The position numbers and the translations under genes were made by a program. From the NCBI GenBank assembly GCA_022646745.1, contig CP060262.1:1020001-1052000 (forward strand): a stretch of DNA of 32,000 nucleotides, given 5' to 3'. Shown here one piece after another: positions 7,709 to 14,075 of this stretch. The first letter of the stretch is position 1; each line of letters starts with the position of its first letter. Under the pieces are notes generated by a model. The model was not told where the DNA came from. It ran no database searches and worked only from the letters and a program-made list of their open reading frames with translations. The stretch is from Planctomycetales bacterium (GTDB lineage Bacteria > 4484-113 > JAFGCY01).

Positions 7709-9988
7709 ATGCAAATCCGGCTGATCCTCTGCACCCTGGCTGTGCTGCTGCTCGCCTCCTGTGGCGGTGGCGGTTCGGTTCCCGATGGCAACCGCGACCC
7801 TGACAACGGCGATCCCGTCGTCACTGAACCGAACCTGGCTGACCCCTCCGAGGTGCAGAACCCGCGGGCCATCCTGCCGACGGCAGCAGTGCTCTGGCCG
7901 GCCCAGGGCGGCGGCCCGGGGAACAGTTCCCGTACGGGCATGAAGCTGCCGGACGACCAGCCGGCGATTGCCAGCATCACGAGTGTTTCCGACCTGACCA
8001 GCAGCTCAGCGCGCATCGGCCCGGATGGCAACATCCTCGTCGGCGCCGGCAGCCTGCTGCAGAAGTTCAGCCCGGACGGTTACCTGCTCTGGCAACGCAG
8101 CCTGCTGCGCCAGCTCAACGGACGGCCGAGCATTGACAGCAGCGGGCAGTGCGTGATCGCAAGCGGCGACCCGTCCTGGATGGACAGTGCGCAGCGTGGC
8201 AACTGGGTGGAGGCGATCGACCCCGCCGGCCAGACCCGCTGGCGCTGGGACAGCGGGGATTACGCCGCCGTGGTCTACGGCATGCGTGACGACGGCTCCG
8301 TGCTGGTGCGCAGTGCACAGGACCGCTTCAGCATGCTCAGCTCCGCTGGCGGCGTGCTCTGGCAGGCGCAGCTCAATGCCTTCGCACTGTACGGCGTGGC
8401 CTTCGACGGAGCCGGCCGGGTATACGGCGGCAGCGACACTACCGCGCTGTTCTGCCTTGATGCGGACGGCGAGCAGCTCTGGCAGTACAACCCGGCGGAT
8501 GTGGACCCAACCACGCTGACAACCAACAGCCGCATGCTGCACCCCGATGGCAGCATCGTGCTGCTGACCGGCCGCGAAGGCGATGCGCAGTCCTTCCATG
8601 TCAGCATCGTCGGCAACGACGGACAGCTGATTGATGAATGGCCCTGCCTCGAGGTGTTCAGCCTGAGCGGTGCCAGTGAGGCCGGGGAAATCATGCTGCT
8701 GGACCGTGAAAGCGGCCTGCACAGCTACAGCCTGTCCGGTGAGCTGCTGTCCAGCTTCAGCCCGGGCTATGGCCTGCCCTTCGGTGTGAATGTCAACAGT
8801 ACTCCGCGCTACTACAGCGTGCAGGCCCAGCCGGACGACTTCAGTGAATACCTGCTGGCGGCGATTGACAGCAATGGCAGCGAACTGTGGCGCCTGAGTT
8901 CGATGTGGAGCTTCCGCTTCCCGGTGGATGGCGCCAATGGCCTACTGTACTGCGGGGACGAGCAGAGCTTCTTCGCGCTGGACAGCCTCGGGCGCAGGCA
9001 CTGGCAGCAGATCCACGGGGACCGGCTCAACGGCCTGAGTGTGTCCTCCAACGGGCGAATCTACTCCAGCGGGGGGCGCAACCTCTACGCATTTGACGGC
9101 AATGGCCGGCAACTCTGGCAGATCAGCGCGGATGGCGAGATACACAGCACGCCGGCCCTGCTACCCGGTGGCCAGCTGGCCTTCGGCGACAGCGAGGGCT
9201 TCTTCTACTTCTACGAGGACAACGGCACCCGGATCAGCAAGTACATCCTCGACGGCAGCGTTGCCAGCAGCCCGGCCGTCGCCGCGGATGGCAGCCTGTA
9301 TGTCGGAACGACCACTGGTGAACTGTACTCCTTTGGCGCAGACCTGAGTCCGCTACGCCAGTTCCACGCGGACAGCGGGATCCGCAGCACCCCGGCTATT
9401 GATGGCGACGGCACGGTCTTCGTGGCAACGGAGGACGGGCATGTGCATGCAGTGTTCTCGGACGGCGTGGAGGCCTGGGAGTACAACCTTGGTGAGCCGC
9501 TGGCCGGGCAGCTCGTGCTCGGGGACGGCTTCAGGTTGTTCGGCGCCACCGCCAACGGCCGGGTGTTTGCGATCCACGCCTATGACGGCAGCCTGCTGTG
9601 GGACCACTTCATCGGCCAGGACATCGCCGGCGGGCTGGCGCTGCACAGCGATGGCAGCCTGCTGGTGGCGACGGACAACGGCGCGGGCCGGCGTGAGGTG
9701 CCGCAGCTGGAGAAGGACGGCAGCGGCCGCGGACTCTACTGCCTCAGCCCGGAAGGCAGCGTGCAGTGGAGCCTGAATGGTCCATACTCATTCAGTTCCC
9801 AACCGCTGGTGGATGCTTCCGGCCCGATCTGCTTCGAGGCCGGCGGCTGGCTGGTCTGCGTGGACAGCACAGGCAAGGAGCTGTGGCGCCTGCAGGCAGG
9901 CTTCGAGGACGACGTGACTGCTGCAGCCCCGCTGTCCGATGGCCGCCTGGCTGTCTGCAGCGGCACGCAGCTGCTGATCGTGGAGTAA
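7709..9988 (+). CDS. Lipoprotein with PQQ/BamB-like beta-propeller repeats (probably two propellers)
   Basis: The signal peptide is MQIRLILCTLAVLLLASCGGGG (lipobox L-A-S-C). Many repeats follow of the type S-P-A-x-x-x-D-G-x-hydrophobic-Y-V-G ... L-Y-x-x-x-x-x-G-x-x-x-W. Examples are STPALLPGGQLAFGD, SSPAVAADGSLYVGTTTGELYSF and STPAIDGDGTVFVATEDGHVHAV. Confidence 0.8.
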   Translation: MQIRLILCTLAVLLLASCGGGGSVPDGNRDPDNGDPVVTEPNLADPSEVQNPRAILPTAAVLWPAQGGGPGNSSRTGMKLPDDQPAIASITSVSDLTSSSARIGPDGNILVGAGSLLQKFSPDGYLLWQRSLLRQLNGRPSIDSSGQCVIASGDPSWMDSAQRGNWVEAIDPAGQTRWRWDSGDYAAVVYGMRDDGSVLVRSAQDRFSMLSSAGGVLWQAQLNAFALYGVAFDGAGRVYGGSDTTALFCLDADGEQLWQYNPADVDPTTLTTNSRMLHPDGSIVLLTGREGDAQSFHVSIVGNDGQLIDEWPCLEVFSLSGASEAGEIMLLDRESGLHSYSLSGELLSSFSPGYGLPFGVNVNSTPRYYSVQAQPDDFSEYLLAAIDSNGSELWRLSSMWSFRFPVDGANGLLYCGDEQSFFALDSLGRRHWQQIHGDRLNGLSVSSNGRIYSSGGRNLYAFDGNGRQLWQISADGEIHSTPALLPGGQLAFGDSEGFFYFYEDNGTRISKYILDGSVASSPAVAADGSLYVGTTTGELYSFGADLSPLRQFHADSGIRSTPAIDGDGTVFVATEDGHVHAVFSDGVEAWEYNLGEPLAGQLVLGDGFRLFGATANGRVFAIHAYDGSLLWDHFIGQDIAGGLALHSDGSLLVATDNGAGRREVPQLEKDGSGRGLYCLSPEGSVQWSLNGPYSFSSQPLVDASGPICFEAGGWLVCVDSTGKELWRLQAGFEDDVTAAAPLSDGRLAVCSGTQLLIVE

Positions 9989-10232
9989 AGCGCTTATTTT
10001 TCCGTGAATTTCAGTGCACAGTGTCACCCGGCCGCCGCCCATCGCGTCTAGATTGGTAACGAGCACTGCATGGGAAGCAGGGCCGGACACGCATGCCGGG
10101 CGGAAGTCCGATACCGGGAAGGAACGGGGACGCCGGCTGTAGACATGATGCTTTGGGGAAGCACCTTCATACCTGCGCGCCAGCGCAGGCTGCCTCGGGG
10201 AAGCATGATGCCGCCATCATCAATATCCTCGG

Positions 10233-10262
10233 GGCGGGCAGGTTTGTACGCGCCTGCCCGCC
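10233..10262 (+). terminator. Strong GC hairpin inside the long intergenic region (terminator-like, interrupted U-tract)
   Basis: ggcgggcagg (10233-10242), 10-nt loop, cctgcccgcc (10253-10262), followed by tgtctcgtttta. Confidence 0.3.
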
Positions 10263-10517
10263 TGTCTCGTTTTACCGGATGGATGAGACAATGTGGTTTC
10301 ACATCTGCATAGCTCAGTACAGTAAATCCTGACTTTGCCCCATGATTCAATTTTGATTGTTTGTGGACGTAAACTTGCCTGAGTCTTCAAAGAGTGCTAA
10401 AGTTATCGCCTGTTATGGGGCATTTTGTACGGTGGGTACATTGTGCTTCGCTGTTGAAACCGGCCTTTGGGCCGTGCAGGGTTGAGATTTAGAACATCGG
10501 GTGGAATTACACGTCCA

Positions 10518-11132
10518 ATGAGCTTCGTGGAACGCAATGGGAAGAATGCGGGATTGACTCCTGAACAGGAACTTAACCTGTGGGAGAACTACAATTCCCA
10601 CGCACGCGCCCGGATCGTCGAGGCCTACCAGCCGCTGGTCTTCCACATCTTCGGCCGCCTTGGGCTCAACCTCGGCGAAGAGGCTGTGGACCTCATCAGC
10701 GAAGGCAACGTTGGCCTGATCCAGGCGGTGGACAATTACGACTACCGCCGTGGAGTGCCTTTCAAGAGCTACGCCTACCTGCGGGTCAAGGGCGCGATGA
10801 TCGACTACCTGCGCAGCCAGAAGATCGCCGTGAAGGGCGGTGAGCTGCGGGAGTTCGATTTCTTCAGCGCACTGGCCGCCGAGGGCAAGGACAAGTACAG
10901 CATCGACCGGCTGGAGTTCGTGTTCGCGCACCTGCCGGCGCTGTCACCACGTGAATCACAGATCATCAACGGGTTGTACGTCGAAGGACTCAGCCAGCGT
11001 GAGCTGGCCACCCGCCTGAAGTGCACCCCGGCCAACATCAGCATCCTCCACGGCCGCGCCGTGAAGAGGCTGAAGAAGTTCGTCGCCGAGGAGCGCAAGC
11101 GCGGCATGGCCGCGGGCATCGCCTGGTTTTAG
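10518..11132 (+). CDS. Sigma-70 family sigma factor, FliA/WhiG/SigB-like (group 3-like), short
   Basis: Region 2 is YQPLVFHIFGRL...DLISEGNVGLIQAVDNYDYRRGVPFKSYAYLRVKGAMIDYLRSQ. Region 4 is LSPRESQIINGLYVEGLSQRELATRLKCTPANISILHGRAVKRLKKFV. The track ORF starts at TTG 10467; I prefer ATG 10518. Only about 40 aa separate regions 2 and 4. Confidence 0.8.
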   Translation: MSFVERNGKNAGLTPEQELNLWENYNSHARARIVEAYQPLVFHIFGRLGLNLGEEAVDLISEGNVGLIQAVDNYDYRRGVPFKSYAYLRVKGAMIDYLRSQKIAVKGGELREFDFFSALAAEGKDKYSIDRLEFVFAHLPALSPRESQIINGLYVEGLSQRELATRLKCTPANISILHGRAVKRLKKFVAEERKRGMAAGIAWF

Positions 11133-11150
11133 GTTATTCACGTTCGACTC

Positions 11151-11231
11151 AGCACTTCACAGGTGTGGTTCGGACGCCATCAGCAATTATTCACTTGTAC
11201 GGGGCCTCGCTGAGAGGCCCCGTTTTTTTTT
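11151..11231 (+). repeat. Conserved ~80-nt element, copy 1, ending in a hairpin plus T-run
   Basis: agcacttcacaggtgtggttcggacgccatcagcaattattcacttgtac followed by the hairpin. It is near-identical to 16978-17056. It lies between the sigma gene stop (11132, +) and the A1 stop (11230-11232, -). Confidence 0.8.
11201..11231 (+). terminator. Intrinsic terminator (plus-strand polarity); in minus polarity the A-run comes first
   Basis: ggggcctc (11201-11208), loop gctga, gaggcccc (11214-11221), then g and T9 (11223-11231). The T-run overlaps the TAA stop of the convergent gene A1. Confidence 0.7.
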
Positions 11232-14010
11232 ATTCACTTCCGAATGCGTAAAGCACACCCGTCAGGGAGGTGATGTACAGCCGGCCTTCCTTGCTGATTG
11301 CGCATCCGCCCCAGAAATCACCACCGGTGGCAAAAGACCAGACTACGTTCCCATCAGTGTCCAGGGCGAATACAGTTCCATTGTGCCCACCGAAGTAGCA
11401 TGTGCCATTGGCATCAATTGATGGAGACATATCGGTCCCACCCTCACCGGTGAAAACCCATCTCTGCGAGCCATCGGGATTAACGGCATGCAGCCCACTG
11501 CCTGCCGTGCCGATTCCCGGTCCGACGGTGCCGATCAGAATCGTTCCATCTGGTGCGATGGATGGCTTGCATTCATGGATTTCAGCACCAGTGGGGTAGG
11601 ACCAGAGAAAGCTGCCATCCGCTGCCAGGGCCGTCAGCGTGCCAGATCCATCTCCGAAGTAGACCGTGCCGTCAGGGCCAATTGCCGGGCCGGACTGCAG
11701 GTTCGAGCCAGTATCGTAGGACCACTTGCTCTTTCCCTGGGGGGTCCAGGCTGACATGTGGGTTCCGTTCATTTCCGTATAAACCGTTCCGTCTGAGCCA
11801 ATGGCTGGAGAACTGATACCTGGCAGGGAAGGAATTGTGATCGAGTTCTTGCCATCAGGTGTCAGTCCCCGCGTGAAGTTTGCCACTGAGTTGGCGAAGA
11901 TCAGGCCATCACGGGCAACGGCAGGGCTGCCCCAGATCTGGAATCCGATGCTCTTCTGCCAGAGAACGAAGCCACCCTGTGAAACTGCAGTTACGTATCC
12001 GCCGTCATCGCCCACGCAGATGGCACCAGTTCCGCTGATTGACGGGCTGGAATGAATGGCATCAATGCCGATACCTGCCGACCAGTCCAGGTTCCCGTCA
12101 GGCGTCACCGCAACAAGCAATCCGTCCCAGCCACTGACATGGATGTTCCCATCTGCTCCGATGGTCGGAGAACTGTCACACTGTGCACCAGTAGGGAAAG
12201 TCCACAGCAGGTTGTCAGTCTGCGGCCCGGCGTATGGGCTCAGGCCCCTGCGGTCCGGGCCCATGCCCAGTGTGGACCATTCGGAAGGCAATGTGATGTC
12301 GATGCTTGCCGTCGCCTGCCCGCCCTTGTCGTCAGTCACACGCAGAACCGGAGTGAACCAGCCCATGTAGGGGTAGGTGTATGTCACCTGGGTCGATTGC
12401 CCTGACTGCTCGTAGCTGCCGTCGTTGTTGAAGTCCCACTCGTACAGCACGATCTCCCCGTCAGGGTCGAAACTGCCGTCCGCGTAGAACCGGACAACGA
12501 ACGGCGCATAGCCGGTCGTCACGTCTGAGTTCAGCACAGCTGTCGGCAGCTCGTTGGCAGGGTCTGTCCCCGTTACGCCGATCGCAACACTCGCCACTGC
12601 CCAGGCCGCGGAACTGTCCACCACCCGCAGCTTCGGGTTGTAGGTACCAGCCGCACCATACTCAAAGGAAGTCTCATAGCCGCTGGTGTCATCCTCGAAG
12701 AAGCCGTCACCGTCAAAGTCCCAGTAGATCCCCAGCGCTGATGCGTCATCCTCACTGTCCTGGGCCTCACCCGTGAAGTTCACCATCAACGGGGCCACTC
12801 CGCTCTGGGGGTCCGCGGCCAGGCTGACCGCCGGGCGCGTGTTGCCACTGATCAGCAGCGATATGCTGCCAAGCGCCACAGCCGTCCCGTCCGCGGAATG
12901 GCCGCGCACCAGCGGCCGGATGATGCCCGGACCGGGGATCGCCGCGAGCTGGAAGCCCGTTGCGTCGTCAAGCAAATCGAATATGCCGTCTCCATCCAGG
13001 TCCCAGTCGTACAGGTCCGCTCCGCCCGCCGTCAGCCCGATCGAGGCATTCAGGCTTGCGCTCACCGTATCCGTCTCCACGCTCAGGCCCGGCACCACTC
13101 CTTCCTCCACCGTCGCCGTGACCACCTCACTCAGGGGACTGCGGTTGCCGGAGAGGTCCACTGACTGGATCCCAACATGGACAGCACCTGACAGACCATC
13201 CAGCAGGTGGCGCGTACTTCCCTCGAGGTATGGCAACTGCTTCACGCCTGCTGCCTGGGGGTTGATGAAGGGCTTGCTGCCATAGCTGATCACATACCCG
13301 GCCAGGTCCGCCGCCGGTACGGGCAGCCAGCTCAGCTCAACACCTCCATTCACGGCCTGCGCTGCCAGACCCAGCGGCTGCGCCGGTGCCGTCGCGTCCG
13401 CCAGGTCAAGCGTGTTCAGGCCGAGCCCCACCAGGTCCAGCGAACTGCCAGGCTCAACGAGCACCATCACGAATGTGTTGCCCAATGTGCTCGTGAAGTC
13501 ATCCGCGCTGTCGCGCGCCAGCTCCAGCCTGACGTGGCTGTCCTGGAAGGGTCCGTGCCAGGCCCAGCGCTTGCTGCCATAGTCACTGACCCCCACCGAA
13601 TAGCGGGAACCGCTGCCCAGCAGGTTGGCATCAATGCTCAGCACCGCTGGCTGCTCGGCCTGCAGGCTGACCCGGTACATCACCCAGGCCGGCACTGAAT
13701 CACCATTCAGCCTCGCCGCCTCCTGGTTGCCGCTCACATCCCCGCCGCTGCTGAAATACTCCACACCGGGAATGAACTCTGTCCCATCGTTCAGCGACGA
13801 TCCACTGCGCAGCAGCTCCACCGCATACCCTGCGTCGTCAAGCTCCTCCCAGGGTTGCAGCCGGTCGGAGGGGAATTCAGGCAAACCTGCTTCCACCACC
13901 GGTTTGTTCGAGCTTGGGTCCGCATCTGTCCCTGCGATCTTTCCTGAACAGGAACCAAGCGATAAGACCATGATTGCCAGGAGCAATCCGGAGTGGATGC
14001 TTCTACTCAT
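11230..14010 (-). CDS. Modular surface lipoprotein A1: conserved stalk plus PQQ-like propeller
   Basis: The track ORF is 11230..14076. I prefer ATG 14010 (AGGGTGA upstream), giving MSRSIHSGLLLAIMVLSLGSCSG with a lipobox. Then come FPSDRLQPWEELD and an unrecognised domain (SIDANLLGSGSRYSVGVSDYGSKRWAWHGPFQDSHVRLE). An FN3-like segment (VNGGVELSWLPVPAADLAGYVISY) and three PKD-like segments (YDWDLDGDG, YWDFDGDG, YEWDFNNDG) follow. The C-terminal ~330 aa carry PQQ/BamB-like repeats (SSPTIGADGNIHVS, SGPAIGPDGTVYFGD). Confidence 0.85.
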   Translation of the reverse strand: MSRSIHSGLLLAIMVLSLGSCSGKIAGTDADPSSNKPVVEAGLPEFPSDRLQPWEELDDAGYAVELLRSGSSLNDGTEFIPGVEYFSSGGDVSGNQEAARLNGDSVPAWVMYRVSLQAEQPAVLSIDANLLGSGSRYSVGVSDYGSKRWAWHGPFQDSHVRLELARDSADDFTSTLGNTFVMVLVEPGSSLDLVGLGLNTLDLADATAPAQPLGLAAQAVNGGVELSWLPVPAADLAGYVISYGSKPFINPQAAGVKQLPYLEGSTRHLLDGLSGAVHVGIQSVDLSGNRSPLSEVVTATVEEGVVPGLSVETDTVSASLNASIGLTAGGADLYDWDLDGDGIFDLLDDATGFQLAAIPGPGIIRPLVRGHSADGTAVALGSISLLISGNTRPAVSLAADPQSGVAPLMVNFTGEAQDSEDDASALGIYWDFDGDGFFEDDTSGYETSFEYGAAGTYNPKLRVVDSSAAWAVASVAIGVTGTDPANELPTAVLNSDVTTGYAPFVVRFYADGSFDPDGEIVLYEWDFNNDGSYEQSGQSTQVTYTYPYMGWFTPVLRVTDDKGGQATASIDITLPSEWSTLGMGPDRRGLSPYAGPQTDNLLWTFPTGAQCDSSPTIGADGNIHVSGWDGLLVAVTPDGNLDWSAGIGIDAIHSSPSISGTGAICVGDDGGYVTAVSQGGFVLWQKSIGFQIWGSPAVARDGLIFANSVANFTRGLTPDGKNSITIPSLPGISSPAIGSDGTVYTEMNGTHMSAWTPQGKSKWSYDTGSNLQSGPAIGPDGTVYFGDGSGTLTALAADGSFLWSYPTGAEIHECKPSIAPDGTILIGTVGPGIGTAGSGLHAVNPDGSQRWVFTGEGGTDMSPSIDANGTCYFGGHNGTVFALDTDGNVVWSFATGGDFWGGCAISKEGRLYITSLTGVLYAFGSE
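12201..13875. repeat. Near-identical direct repeat, A1 copy (partner 15023-16697, offset 2822)
   Basis: Several shadow ORFs in the track are identical at offset 2822 (12573..12770 vs 15395..15592; 12773..13285 vs 15595..16107). Only a handful of substitutions are visible by eye. Both ends of the repeat lie inside the CDS. Confidence 0.9.
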
Positions 14011-14075
14011 ATTTATCACCCTATGTATTGAAATGACAACCGGGTATCCCGGAGTGGATATCAGTAACTGCCGCA

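Noticed and set aside
10060-10270. RNase P RNA or SRP RNA (cggaagtccg at 10101-10110 recalls the RNase P GGAAAGUCCGG motif; ccgggaagg recalls the SRP GGAA loop)
   Set aside because: The region is too short for RNase P. It lacks the other universally conserved blocks (ACAGAACCCGGCUUA-type 3' block; SRP domain IV GUCAGGUCCGGAAGGAAGCAGC). The resemblance is limited to a few nucleotides.
10305-10345. tRNA-like start (catagctcagtac resembles a D-arm TAGCTCAGT)
   Set aside because: There is no GG/AGAGC D-loop continuation, no anticodon stem, no GTTCGAATC T-arm and no acceptor pairing.
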